A DNA stretch of 63,575 bases, filler included, from Vannella sp. (lineage: Eukaryota): the NCBI GenBank assembly GCA_023345925.1. It is 6 parts of 6 records of this genome, joined end to end, with 100 filler letters (N's around TTAATTAATTAA, not from the genome) between each part and the next. Parts side by side here need not be neighbours in the genome. Positions count along the whole stretch, not along the records: positions 21,901 to 41,954 come from JAJQQN010000381.1; positions 42,055 to 50,504 come from JAJQQN010000420.1; 4 more parts are not named here. One strand, given 5' to 3'. Of this stretch, positions 32,435 through 43,909 are shown in pieces (within the stretch, counting starts at the first letter, position 1; each line of letters opens with the position of its first letter). The notes under the pieces are model-generated. The model saw only the letters and a program-made list of their open reading frames with translations, was not told the origin of the DNA and did not search any database. A program made the position numbers and the translations under genes.

Positions 32435-34153
32435 CTAATCCACAAGGTCTTGTGAGAAACAGATTGCAGTATCCCAATAGTGAGTCTGGTTTTTCTCTGT
32501 TAATACTGCACGCGCTTCGACAGAGGTTGCCACTTCGTGGAAGCGAAACTTCTTGAATTGTCGTTTTGGGAGAAGTCCCTCCCAAACAAGATCACAGCGG
32601 TTCCCAGCTGAGGTCTCCTCCCATTTAAGGCGAGTAGTCATCAGGCGACGCAATTTCTTAATCGCGCGTGGTGCTCCTTCTGCAACAAGCAGAGAGCAGG
32701 CACCTTCTCCAGGTGGCGTGATTATCAAAACTCCAGAGAGAGCGCCATCACGAGCAGCATGGTCGATATTCTTGCGGTGAAGTGGAGAAGATAGATCAGA
32801 GATCTTAAAGACAACCACTTCAACTTCACCTGATTCGTTGCGTCTTAACTTTTCCAACTTTTTCTCCCGTCGCTGCTCAGGTGTGAGCTTTCTCTCTTCA
32901 TTGGCTTGAGTGTGCTTATCCAAACGGGCTTTCATCTGTTGTCGCACCATTTGATCCACTTTGGTGGGATCTTCAAAAGCCAAAGAACCATAAACTCGGG
33001 TCATGTTGGTAAGCGTTGCACGAGCTTCTTCTGGCTTCTCGATACCCAGCATAACCTTCACCTGCTTTTCCTTTTGGACCTCTTCCCTGCGAATGCGGCG
33101 CAACTTCTTTCGTTCATCCTTGGTGAGGAAAGAAGCGGCAGAGGCGCCGGTATCTTGACTAGGTTTCTTCTCCGGGACGGGATGTTCCACGTAATGGGTT
33201 ATTCCAGAGAAAGCGATTTTCTCCAAGTCATAAGAGTTTGCAGAAGGAAGAAGAGCTCGATCCCACCATTCCACTGGAGGAACTGGTTCTCCTCTTAAGG
33301 TTGCAAAAAGTCGCTGATGAAGTGGGTCGTTCTCGTCAAAGCCCTTCTGCTTTGTGTATAGCTCAGCTCTCAGTGTTTGGCCCTGCCGCACAAAGCTACC
33401 TGGGGTTACGAAGTTGAACTTGCGTTTTTCACGCTCAGAGCGTCTCTCACTCATCCGAGAATCATAATACTTGCTTCCTTTTTCATCAGGAGGAGGGGCA
33501 TCAAGCTCCAATTGCTTTCTTCCCAAGCGTCGGTTGATGAGAGACTCCTTGATTTGAATTGGCGCCAAATTTCCAGCGATTGTCACCTCAGATCGGACAG
33601 GCATCCCTCGAAAAGCTTGCTCCTCTTTTCGGAGAGCTAGTTTAGCCTCTGCAGATCGCAGGGCTCTCTTTGCTTCCTCAGAAGTCTCCAATTTGAACTC
33701 AGAAACAGAGAGCGTTGGATCGTCTATTTGTAGTGATTTCTTGTGCTCCTCCATCGCTGCTTTCGTGGCTGCAAGCTTTGCTTTGATGGCAGAGATGTCT
33801 AAAGAAGGTTTGGCTCCAGTTGGCTCCCTCTCTTGAAGTGGTGGGGGCTCTACACGCGCGCTAGGTTGACGTTGAGGGCTTCTATCCCTTCCAGGAGATC
33901 GATAGTGCTGAGGACTTCGCTCTCTTCTACTTCTTCTGTGGGAATCTCGAGTAGGGCTCCTATCTCGATGTGGGCTCCTTTCTCGCCGCCTTGAAGAAGA
34001 CTCCTCATCCCGAGAGGACCGGTGAGATCCTTCATAATCGCCATGCTTTCGATAGCGCTTCCGATCTCGCTCTTCCGACTCATCTCTGTAGTCCCTCCGG
34101 CGCTTTGAGCGCCTTTCTTGGGAAGGTGAACGAGACTTTGATCGGCGAGGCAT
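32435..34153 (-). CDS. PRPF3: U4/U6 snRNP protein Prp3 with RS-rich N-terminus
   Basis: PPVEWWD, ITHYVEHPVP, FLTKDERKKLRR, LTNMTRV, DPTKVDQMVRQQM..R...H...NEERKLTPEQRREK and NRCDLVWEG. Confidence 0.93.
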   Translation of the reverse strand: MPRRSKSRSPSQERRSKRRRDYRDESEERDRKRYRKHGDYEGSHRSSRDEESSSRRRERSPHRDRSPTRDSHRRSRRERSPQHYRSPGRDRSPQRQPSARVEPPPLQEREPTGAKPSLDISAIKAKLAATKAAMEEHKKSLQIDDPTLSVSEFKLETSEEAKRALRSAEAKLALRKEEQAFRGMPVRSEVTIAGNLAPIQIKESLINRRLGRKQLELDAPPPDEKGSKYYDSRMSERRSEREKRKFNFVTPGSFVRQGQTLRAELYTKQKGFDENDPLHQRLFATLRGEPVPPVEWWDRALLPSANSYDLEKIAFSGITHYVEHPVPEKKPSQDTGASAASFLTKDERKKLRRIRREEVQKEKQVKVMLGIEKPEEARATLTNMTRVYGSLAFEDPTKVDQMVRQQMKARLDKHTQANEERKLTPEQRREKKLEKLRRNESGEVEVVVFKISDLSSPLHRKNIDHAARDGALSGVLIITPPGEGACSLLVAEGAPRAIKKLRRLMTTRLKWEETSAGNRCDLVWEGLLPKRQFKKFRFHEVATSVEARAVLTEKNQTHYWDTAICFSQDLVD

Positions 34154-34359
34154 GCCAGCGCCTGGTTCCCAACCAGAAGAATAATTACTTTCCGAATAAT
34201 TTCTCTTTGTTTAAAATGTTGTGGCTTCTTGATTGACGATTTCAGGGTTTGCCCGTTGAGCAATTAACTGAACCAACACAACAAAATTTCCTGGAAAATG
34301 TTGAAAGGAGGCTGGTTGTGGTTACTCAGTTTCAGTTTTTCGCTCATTTCGAGACAGCA

Positions 34360-36936
34360 ATGAACTCATGCGGGAAGGACAGCATCTCCCTCCTAAGCTC
34401 CTCTGATGATGACAGTCCACGGACAAAACGGAGCAGGACTGGGGGGCGCGATGATCTCCCTGTGGCAAAGAGGAGGAGGAAAGACCCTGTCCTCACTCGA
34501 AAGGATTCGATAGAAGACTTCGAAACTTCAAGCGAAGAAACAGAGGAGTGGGCACCATCTCCACCCTCAAGCAGTGCGCTCGCTCCCTTGAGCACACCGC
34601 AGCAAAGAGTCTTTCAAACCGTTCCCGCAAACCCACGCTCCCAGGGCTACTTCACTCCCCAATCTCAACCTGTCTCACGGATCCCCACACGCTTTACTCC
34701 CACACAAAGCTCACTTGTAGAGGCAATCTCGGACTCTGACAGCGAGGAGTTAACTCCACTTGAGCTCCGTCCACCGATCCTCTCCATTGCACCACAGGTT
34801 ACCACACCGATGTCCGCAAGAGGAAGAGGACCCATCTCCCCCTCTCCTGCTAGATCTATCTCCTTCCTCGCTGAGGAGATCGTTGAGTCCTCAGATGAAG
34901 AAGACTCCTCGCTATTCCTTTCAACAGACCTTCCTACTCGACGCCAAACCGAAAGGGCTCCATCTCCAGTGGTGCCTGAAGATCTACCAACAACACCAAA
35001 TCTTCGAAAATGGCTCTCCACCATTGCAACCCCCGAAGGAGGAACTCAAGGGGAACGGCCCCGAATTTGGAGACGAAAAGGACCTCAAGTGACTCGACTC
35101 CACGACCTCATACAAACAAGGAAAGCAGAAGAAACGGCTGCAAAGCACATCATCGCAGCGCGGTATTTGAATGAGATCCCAGTTTCATCAAACCTTGTTG
35201 TCATACAAAGCGGAAAGATTGTCGGTAATCTCTACAAAACCATCTCCATGGCAGTTGATGGAGAAGGCTACAGCCGCACAACCCACGTTTTCTTTCCACT
35301 GGAGCAAAAGATACATTTTGGACTTCAACCTAATGTGCAGATTAGCCTCATTCCGCCTTGGCAAGAATTTGAGGCTTCTGAAGGACAACAAACAATTATA
35401 TTGTGCTCCACGTTTGAGTTGTTGGGCAATCAAACGTGCTCAGTAACAAGCTTAACAGACTCGATCCCGCTCCCGAAGCCCCTATTCTGTGAGTCTAATT
35501 GTTTACTCAAAAAGCGCCCATTCCCCCAAAAGAAAACGGAATCTTCCATTCTCGGTGCAATTTTGACAGCCCCCGAAGATTGTGGATTATCAAAAACAGA
35601 ATCTTTGACTGGGGAAGTTCTTCTTTGGAATTGTCGGTATCAAGAAGAAACAATTGGTCAGTTGGAAGCTCTGGAGATTGATTTAGTCTCGTGGTTTGAA
35701 GGCGTTTCCATAACACAAGAAGGTATCAAGGAGCAGAATCGTACTTCCCGACTTTTTACATCAACTCTTCTATTGAAAGTAGCTGTGGATAATTTAGTTC
35801 TAGTGGAGATATCGCCCCAGCAACTTTGGAAATGGTACCCAGTTTTGAAGAACTCCCAAGGATCCAACGCCTGCCTGAAACAATACTCCAAATTTGGAAA
35901 TGTGAACCCTCAGCTCGTTCTCTCGCTCAGCTCTTTGATAACCTGGGGTTTGCCAGATGGTGTTCAACCCAACTTCACAAGAATTGCCCTCACCCAAGAA
36001 ACAGAACTGGATATCCTCAAACCTAGAGAGTTAAACAATCACCGGCCTTCACACCATAACATCTCTTCAGTGATTCGATTGGTCTTTCTTAAGCCCCAAA
36101 GAATTGCCGTCCATGGGAGAGTACAATCTCTTAATGCTGAAAAACAACTTCAACGAGAAGAGCAAATCCAAAAACTGTATATTTATGATACCTCTGATGA
36201 ATGCTGTACAAAGTAAGTTTCCTCTCCTATCACTTAATCAAACGACTGACAAGTATTCAGCGTCTGCATCCACATCACCGATGATTCGCTTGCAAGACAA
36301 ATCTCCCTCTGGATTGAGAATGGACACATCCACTTTACCCTTGATAACCTCCTCTTCAACGAAAGAGATAGTGTGATCTTCCTGGAGGCTGATTGGCTTT
36401 CTTCCGCAAGTCTTGTCCCCAACAATGATGAGTTTGAAAAGAAGCAAACGTACTTACCCTCCACTTGGTTGCAATCCCAATGGGCAGCGCGTCTTCCACT
36501 TCTGAACTCTGTTTTTGAAGTGAGAGGAAGAGTTTCCGGAATAGAAACACCAAGCAACACCCCAACAGAAACCCTTCACTGCCTCAACTGCGAGGGGCAA
36601 ATTTGTAAGACTCAACTTCCCATTGGTCTCCAGCCTATTCAATTTTGCACGGGGTGCTGTCGCATCCGTGCTGGGGCCCGTGTCAGCCCCACGTATCTAC
36701 TCTTGACCGATGTGGAGGAACGGCCCAACCGCATCCTTGTCTTGTCCACCGACCTCATAATGTTGCTTAGAGACACTCCATCTTCCTCTGAATCTCCCCT
36801 TTCAATCTCCCACCGATTGGAAGGCCTGCTCCACCACCAGGTTCAAATCAGTGGTCGATGGGTTGGGCAAATGACAGGAGTCCCTCAATTTGTATCCACA
36901 GGACTTCAGGAAAGAAGAGAAGAGGAAGACTATTAA
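34360..36936 (+). CDS. Putative SPIDR-like (DUF4502/DUF4503) OB-fold DNA-repair scaffold
   Basis: Disordered S/P-rich N-terminus, then ISLIPPWQ...IILCST (SPIDR-like), an OB-like VHGRVQ..LYIYD, and a C-terminal CLNC..CTGC zinc ribbon. Intron near 36213-36260. Confidence 0.5.
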
Positions 36937-36955
36937 AGAGAACCCAAGTTGTACT

Positions 36956-37762
36956 TTAAACGATCCCGCTTTGATGAAGGAACTCGCCGTTAGGATGCGG
37001 AGGAAACAACATCAGACAAGTATTGTTAAAGACATGAGCAGAATGAGGGAAATCAGGAAGAGGGCTCTCTCGTATTCGAGCCAAAGTGGCGAAGACAGGG
37101 CGCAGAGCTCTCCGCTGGCTCCGTTGAAAAGCACTTTCCTCGTAGTGACGGAAACTGTTTCCCAGTATCACAAGCCGTCCGAGGCCCCCCACTTTGTTTG
37201 CTTCCACCAGATTGGCGTACATGAAGCCTTCGCCGTGAGGCATGTAGAAGAAGGCGCGCTCTCCAGCACCAACAACACGTTTGCATTGTTCGTCAGCGGA
37301 TAACACTTGAAAGCCACATTCCTGGAGGAGAGTAGACTCCCCTTCTCCAAGAACGGGGTCAAACACCTGTGCTTTGAGTATACACGAAGAAGGGAGAACA
37401 GACGGAAGCCACTCTTTGATGGAAAGGAGAACAGCAAGTTGCCACTGAGCCACTTGAGCTTGGAAGATGCGACCAATACCATAGCAGATCAAGAAGAAGG
37501 TGGTTTCCTCGGTAGTGGGAGGAAGGAGAGCGAGAATAGAGTCGGAGAGTTCGGTTCGCACTTGTGATAAGAAGGCGGCTCCTGGCTCCAAAAGGAGCTG
37601 CTCTTGCTTGCGAGCGATCACCTTGCGCGCTTGATGAATCAGCAAAGGAGATCTTGCATGATCAATGTCCTCGTTGGAAGGATGTGATGAAGCGCGAACA
37701 CCTTTCCGAATGGGCCGCCCTCCGCCCCCCATCAAAGTCCACTCCCCGTCCTGGCCAGCCAT
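36956..37762 (-). CDS. SRR1-domain protein
   Basis: ICYGIG, QWQLA.LL, FDPVL, FFYMPH, YANLV.AN, ILGNSF and VFNNT. Confidence 0.88.
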   Translation of the reverse strand: MAGQDGEWTLMGGGGRPIRKGVRASSHPSNEDIDHARSPLLIHQARKVIARKQEQLLLEPGAAFLSQVRTELSDSILALLPPTTEETTFFLICYGIGRIFQAQVAQWQLAVLLSIKEWLPSVLPSSCILKAQVFDPVLGEGESTLLQECGFQVLSADEQCKRVVGAGERAFFYMPHGEGFMYANLVEANKVGGLGRLVILGNSFRHYEESAFQRSQRRALRPVFATLARIRESPLPDFPHSAHVFNNTCLMLFPPHPNGEFLHQSGIV

Positions 37763-37820
37763 ATATTATGATGAATTGCTGCTCTTTCAAGTATTCATCC
37801 ATTCATTGGTTGCTCTGCCA

Positions 37821-39519
37821 TCAATTGGTTTGATAGCCGAGAGGGGACAAGGAAGGGCTCTCTCCGTCTGTGTTGATCCTCCGAAGGAGCTCGCTCACGG
37901 GCACTTCTGTGTGATAGCCGTCATGGAAATGAGAAGGAAAGTTGGGAACGGTCTCCATCTTGGCCTGTAAAGCTTCGCGAATCTCGTCCTCCCGGTTCTC
38001 TCCGCCATCGTCCTCAATCAATTCATCCAAATGATCAAAGCGAACGAAAATCGGAGCCATCCACTTGCGGTCGAAAGGATAGAAGACCTCCGTGTACGCC
38101 GAAGACACTTCGGTGTTGTGCATTTTCGGGCCTTCTTCTTTGATCTCCAAGAACTTGAGAAGGGGCGCAGTGGTTCCCCCCAAAAGGAAGACAGTAAAGT
38201 AAATCGTGGCTAAAGTGGTTGCCAGCCAATAGTCCTGTCCAGTTGCTTCACTCTGCATTTCTTGTGCCAGCACATAAGCCACCGCACCTCGCAGACCTGC
38301 GTGGCAAAGAACAAATTGCTGCTTCAAAGGAACAGGGCGGACATCGCGCCGTCGTTTGCGGATGCGATTGGCCAGGAAACAAAAGGCGAAGACCACAATG
38401 TAACGCGATATCAAACACAAGCTGATTGTCAATGCTATGAGAGGTGCACTCCACGTTGTGGTATTCCCTAAAGCGAACGGGGCCAACCCCAAGTTGATGA
38501 AGATGACAGTATCGGCAACCGTTGCGAGACTCTTAACCACATCAATGCTGAGGAGTTTGCCCTTGTCGGAGAGGTTATGATAGGCATAATGGCGCATCAC
38601 AAACCCACAGAAAAGCGTTGAAATAATGCCAGAGAAGCCCGGTGACTCACTTAACATGTAAGAAAGGTACGAAAAGCTCCAAAACATGATTGTTTCCACG
38701 ATGGGGATGTCTCCGAACCTCATATACTTGAAGACCAGAGCGGCTGCCAGTCCCGTGAGGATACCAACAAGTGGAGCAGCAATAGTGGCTTCAAGAAACT
38801 GAAGAAAAGCGTTCCCCATGACCTCTGCCAGCGAGCCGGACTGGGAAATGGAGATTTCCCGGAATGTTCGATAAAACACGATTCCTATGGCGTCGTTGAG
38901 GTTGCTCTCACCGTACACCAGAGTGTACAAGGTTCGGTCGACCCCCAAAGTTGAGTAAACAGCCAAGGCAGCCACCGGGTCCGTCGCTGACAGCAACGAA
39001 CCAAACGACATCGCCTCGGCGCCAGAGATGCCCTGCGGAGACATCCCTGCGTAGTTTGAGAACAAGTAGATGGGGACGCCAATCATAAAGGCACTGACAG
39101 CGGTACCACCAACAGCCAGAAGCATGATGAGCAAGAAGTTGCGGAAGAAGTAGATCTGACCGTGCTTGGAGGTGAGTGTGCATGTCCATAGTAGAGCAGA
39201 GGAGAGGGGTTACCTTCTTCAGGGAGTAGCCACCCTCAAAGATGATGGGAGGGAGGAGGATGAGGATGAAAGTCGACTCGTTCTGCAGCAGAAAGAAGTA
39301 CTCCAAGTCAGTGGCAGGAAGGAAGATGAGAAGGAAGCCTGCAAACAGCATTCCAATCACGAGGAAGATGCACGACTCAGGGATCCAGTGAAGGTGGAAC
39401 GCGTGGAAGCCGTTTGCAACCATCAAGGAGACCATCAGCAGCAGCAGGAAGATGGTTATCACCCACGCTTCGCATTGCTCGCCTGTTGCACTGCTGCACA
39501 AAGAGAGTAGAGCCAACAT
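37821..39519 (-). CDS. Na+/H+ exchanger, CPA1 (NHE8/NHX-like), 2 exons
   Basis: LLPPIIFEGGYSLKK, FGSLLSATDPVA, LVYGESNLNDAIGIV, SGIISTLFCG and AGLRGAVAYVLA. Confidence 0.92.
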
Positions 39520-39635
39520 CGCCCGCGAAGGGCGAACGTGCAGAAGAGAATGAATGCCAAAAGAGACTCTTCCTTGGAATGTTCCGTTTTCCCACCAATC
39601 CGCATTCGCCCATCCGGACCACTGAATAGCCAGCT

Positions 39636-41115
39636 TTATCTGATAGAGGAAGAGGATTTGATGAGCCGGAGGAGTTTAACGCCAGTGCCGCTAAAATCCC
39701 AAGTTAGACTCTTCAACATAACGGACGATGAACTCCTCTCCACTCCCATGTGCGCGTGAACGAGCGACTTACCCATTTGAAAACTGTAAAACGGATTGCC
39801 ACTGAACGTGGTGAGAGCTGGCGATGGCTAAGAAGTGGTCATCGGCCGACCCATCGAGAACGTACACTTCGTCTAGATCGTTCTGGCGCTCCTTTACCAT
39901 CTTGTTGAGTCGATTGTAGATGGAATTCAGATGTTGGGCTAATCTCACGCCATATGGAAGGTTGCTGAATAAGATTGGAGGTTGAGGACATCCCTTGAGC
40001 ACCTGTTCCGCCACTTCATTAAAATCTCCTCGCCAAGACTTCATCTCCTTTCGCCCTCTTGTCAGGGCCTTCCAATTGTGCCTGGCAGCATCAAGTGATG
40101 CTCTGGATATATCGCTACCAATGTAGAGTCCAGTGCTGGGCTCTTGGAGAAAATGAGAAAAAGGAGTCCAAGCATCTGCATTCTCGCCAGCCCATTGAAG
40201 ATATCGTTGCTCAGGGAAGCTCCTCCACTGCTGGAATCCGAAACTACGAGGCTCCTTTCCTAACTGGTTGACAGCCAAAGGCATGCCCGTCCGAAGAACG
40301 CAATTTCTGTTGGCAGCTCGAAGAAGAGCCTCACAAAGAAGAGTGCCTGACCCACAAAAGGGATCCCAAAGAGGCTTCTCACCAGTGTAATCCATAGCGT
40401 CCAAGCAAGCAGCAGCCAAGTTCTCTCGAATGGGAGCTTCCGAAACGTGAGTTCGGTAACCTCTTCGAGACAAAAGGTCGCCTCCTGCATCCACACTGAC
40501 CTGCGCCTTGTCTCCCTGCATGAGAATGTAAACTGAAAGGGGATCCTCCATCGCCATCTTCTGGCCATCAACGGACTCGTGACGAAGAAGGCGAGTCTCT
40601 TGAGCGGAGGACAGAATCAGTCTCTTCCTCTCCAGATAATCGCGGAGCCGTTCCGACAAGGCGTCTGAATGGAAGAGCTTGGATCCATGGCAGGTAGCAC
40701 TGATCTTCACTGCTCCCAATAGGCCGGTCGGGGTGGGCATCAAGGGCCGAAGAGGGAGGAAAGCCTCCCAAGGGAGCGTGCGGACGTGGTGGTTGTAAAC
40801 TGCAAACTTGGTAGCCTCACGGGCTTCTCCCAGACGTATTCTGATGCCGCTGGCGAGTCTAGATGAGGTGCAGATTCGCCACATATCGGACTCCTCCAAG
40901 CCAAGGAGCTTGCAGCCCTCGGAGGTGGGGACAATCGTCGCCCTCCCCGATCCTCCGTCAGGGTTCTGAAGTAAGCGCCGCATCTCCTTTGCTAGAAGAG
41001 TCTCTAGTCCAGGGGCTGCGTAGACGAAAGCCCGAAAGGAACGGAAGCCTGGCGCCAGGAGGCCCGATGGCGGCAACTTTCCCCTTCCCGCCATTAAATG
41101 ACGAAGAAGCCTCAT
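39636..41115 (-). CDS. RlmL-like THUMP-domain rRNA m2G methyltransferase, probably organelle-targeted
   Basis: PGLETLLAKEM, LSRRGYR...EAPIRENLAAA, LWDPFCGSGTLLCEA, GSDIS and SNLPYGVRL. Arg-rich N-terminus. The last exon (GTGVKLL..*) follows an intron. Confidence 0.82.
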
Positions 41116-41154
41116 TTCCCGACTCCCTACTCGTATGTGATAGTCGTCATCGCT

Positions 41155-41954
41155 TTAATAACTCTCAGTATCCTCTTGCTCTTCCTCTTGTTCCTGCTCC
41201 TTTGCCTCTTCCTCCTCCTTTTGTCTCTGTTCCGCATCCTTGGCCATTTGTTCATCCAAACCAGTGGCACCTGGAGGCCAGTAATTGGGTTCTCCAGTCA
41301 GAGTAGCCAAAGCCTCGTTGTAGGGTTGGAAGAGAGCAGATAACTGAGCGCGCATGCGAGGAGGAAGAGGAGGATATTGGCTTGTAAGCTCTCGCGAAGA
41401 TCCACCCACGAACAGTCCCACATTGTTGTTGCTCACAATCTCCTGTCCTTGGGCAGAAGGGGAATGGGGATTGATGATGTTGAAGGCTTTGCCAGTGACG
41501 GATTCCCAATCAAAGGGTTCGAGACCAAGAAACTCTCCCACACGCTCCATCACAGTGGGTGTGTCTCGATAAAACTCTTCGCTGTGGATGAAAAGGATTT
41601 GGTCACGCCCGAAGGTTTCTATCCACTCTGCGTACTGAATGGCGTACATGGAATTCCGGACAGAGTTAACCGTGCAAAACTGAGAAGCATCTGTGGACGG
41701 GCAGAGTTCCGGTCTACCGGTTTGACACCAACCCTCTCGAATGCGCCGATTTACAGCCCCTACACAAACATATAACTCCTCGACTTTCTCCCTGCTGAGG
41801 TCCTGAAGAAGTGCAGACGAGTTACACTCGTTCAGAACAGCCAATTCCGACTCGAGGCACTCTTTGAAGTTTTCAGCGTAGTCTACGTCATCTCGTATGC
41901 TATTTCCAGCTCTCAGGGATTGTCTGCTCTAAAGTTAGTACAATGGTGAAGAAG
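41155..41954 (-). CDS. Sulfotransferase (heparan-sulfate 3-O/NST-like fold), 3' part only
   Basis: SMYAIQYAEWIETFGRDQILFIHSEEFYRDTPTVMERVGEFLGL and LSALFQPYNEAL..L.G are typical of this family's C-terminal half. Cut by the contig end. Confidence 0.78.
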
Positions 41955-42054
41955 NNNNNNNNNNNNNNNNNNNNNNNNNNNNNNNNNNNNNNNNNNNNTT
42001 AATTAATTAANNNNNNNNNNNNNNNNNNNNNNNNNNNNNNNNNNNNNNNNNNNN
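41955..42054. other. Artificial contig spacer
   Basis: 44 N, TTAATTAATTAA, 44 N. Confidence 0.98.
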
Positions 42055-42055
42055 T

Positions 42056-42220
42056 ACTTTTCAACCATGGCCAGGGGACGTGGTTGATCTGGGCCGTGAA
42101 CTTTCTCTGCCCTCTTAAAAACATATAAAATCATCTTCCGCATCGGTCCCAGTTGAATTTAGAGGCACTTTTCAACGGAGGCCAGCGGACGTGGTTGAGT
42201 GGAGCCGTGAATTCTCTCAT
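42056..42220 (+). repeat. Two copies of a ~50-bp repeat (period ~111 bp) at the contig start
   Basis: ACTTTTCAAC...GGCCAG.GGACGTGGTTGA..GG.GCCGTGAA.T.TCTC occurs at ~42056 and ~42167. Confidence 0.75.
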
Positions 42221-42343
42221 CCTCACGGCTTTCATTAAAAACTTAGCCATAACCATCCCTGGTCAGAAGGTTCTCCCTTATGCTGCTTTGGCTTCTTAAG
42301 ACTATTGCTCTCTCTAATCTTCGACCATTCAGTTCTGTGAGGA

Positions 42344-43151
42344 ATGACTGGGAGCGCATTTCTCTTCCTTCTGGTCGGCGTGGTGATGGCTGGCACGTTA
42401 GTGGATCATCCTAAAGGCGAGCACAAGGGTACTCTGATCTTCTTGCATGGTCTGGGAGACACAGGCGACGGCTGGTTCCACGAACTCGTCGATATTCGTC
42501 GCGAGAATCCTTCCATTCGCGTAGTCTGTCCCACCGCGCCAGTGAGCCGTGTTACAGTCAACGGAGGGATGCGAATGACCTCTTGGCATGATCTGAGTGA
42601 CTTGGGCGACATCTCATCCCAAGAGTTCGCCGGTATAGAGCTCACCACCTCCATCAGTACGTCCCCTCCTTGCCTTCTCCCTCCACTCACACCGTAACGC
42701 TTGCAGTCCGAGAACTCATCACAGAGGAGGCTAAGCTGGTCGGAGGAGCAGACAAGATCGTGTTAGGAGGCTTCTCTCAAGGTGCGGCCATGTCCATGTA
42801 CGTTGGCCTTCAGTATAGAGAGTCTCTGGCGGGTATTGTGGCACTTAGTGGGTACCTTCCTTTCTACAACATCTATGAAGAGAAGGTACGAGGCCTCTAG
42901 CCCCTCACAGACCACAAACTAATCAAGAGTAGATCATGAACGCTGCCAACCGCCACACTCCTCTGTTCCAAGGCCATGGAGACCGTGATGCAGTCGTCCA
43001 GCTTAAAGAAGGAACGCTTGCCCACGATACAATCTCCAAGTTCAACGAAAAGGCCACGTTGGAAGTGTTCCCCGGCATGGCGCACTCTTCCTCCCCTGCA
43101 GAGATGCGCCAGGTCTTCGCCTTTGTCCAAAAGCAACTCCAGCTTTCATGA
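42344..43151 (+). CDS. Acyl-protein thioesterase/lysophospholipase (APT1/LYPLA-like), 3 exons
   Basis: IFLHGLGDTG, CPTAP..VTVNGGMRMTSWHD, GGFSQGAA, LSGYLP, HGDRDAVV and GMAHSS. Confidence 0.92.
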
Positions 43152-43208
43152 AACTAAGAGTTGATGCCTAAACACGGCCTGGAAGCCTCATTTGCTCGTC
43201 CTCTCTGC

Positions 43209-43760
43209 ATGGTGGATGTCTCTTGGACGATAACGGGTTCGTTCGTGCTTAGGCAGAGGATGTAGTCTAAGGGGAGATGGAGGGGTTACTGATGTAGCTG
43301 TTTGTGGGTACGCTCTTGCCCTAGTCATAGGAAGCCACGCATACTTCAAGAAAGAAGGGGACCGCGCGGGTTTACTCGCTGGTGTTGCATGCGCAGGTCT
43401 TCTGGTCTCTTTGGTCATTCTCTCCTTGTTAACACCGTACTTTGCCTACCCTGCAATGCTGGGTACAATCAGTAAGTCCATTGAATCAGCCCAAACCAAT
43501 GTTGACTCGGCACTCCCAGTGGGAATGGTCTCGTTCTTCTGTTCACGGGCTGGTAGAACAAGAGACTTTACGAAGTACTTGCCCGCAGCGGTAGGAGGCC
43601 TCCTCATCGGTGCTCTGTGCATGGTAAGACCGCAAGGACGAGACTAATGGATCCTTACCTCCACTTGCAGACTTCCCTCCTTTACGGTAACCATGAGAAC
43701 TTGTGGACTCCTGACCAATTCACGTCGGATGAGGAAGTGCCGTACGCGTTTGTGTACTGA
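43209..43760 (+). CDS. Small TMEM14-like membrane protein, multi-exon
   Basis: Spliced reading GYALALVIGSHAYFKKEGDRAGLLAGVACAGLL...SRAGRTRDFTKYLPAAVGGLL fits the TMEM14 pattern. Exon boundaries are approximate. Confidence 0.55.
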
Positions 43761-43909
43761 CTTGGAAGTATTGACTTTCATTCTTTCGACTGTTTGTTCC
43801 ATTAAACATGGCAGCGGCCATCCCCACCACCACTATCTGTACGGAGGTGCTTGGGGGGTCGTAGGGAGTCGCTGATATCGGTTTATTTACAAGCCCAAGT
43901 GGCAAGAGG

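Noticed and set aside
17285..41954. Sulfur/selenium gene cluster (SulP, SelO, sulfotransferase)
   Set aside because: The sulfotransferase is on a different contig piece. SulP-SelO adjacency alone is weak evidence in a gene-dense eukaryote.
42344..42390. Secreted APT1 with a signal peptide (MTGSAFLFLLVGVVMAG)
   Set aside because: A second in-frame ATG (MAGTLVDHPK) gives a normal-length cytosolic APT1. This cannot be decided without TSS data.
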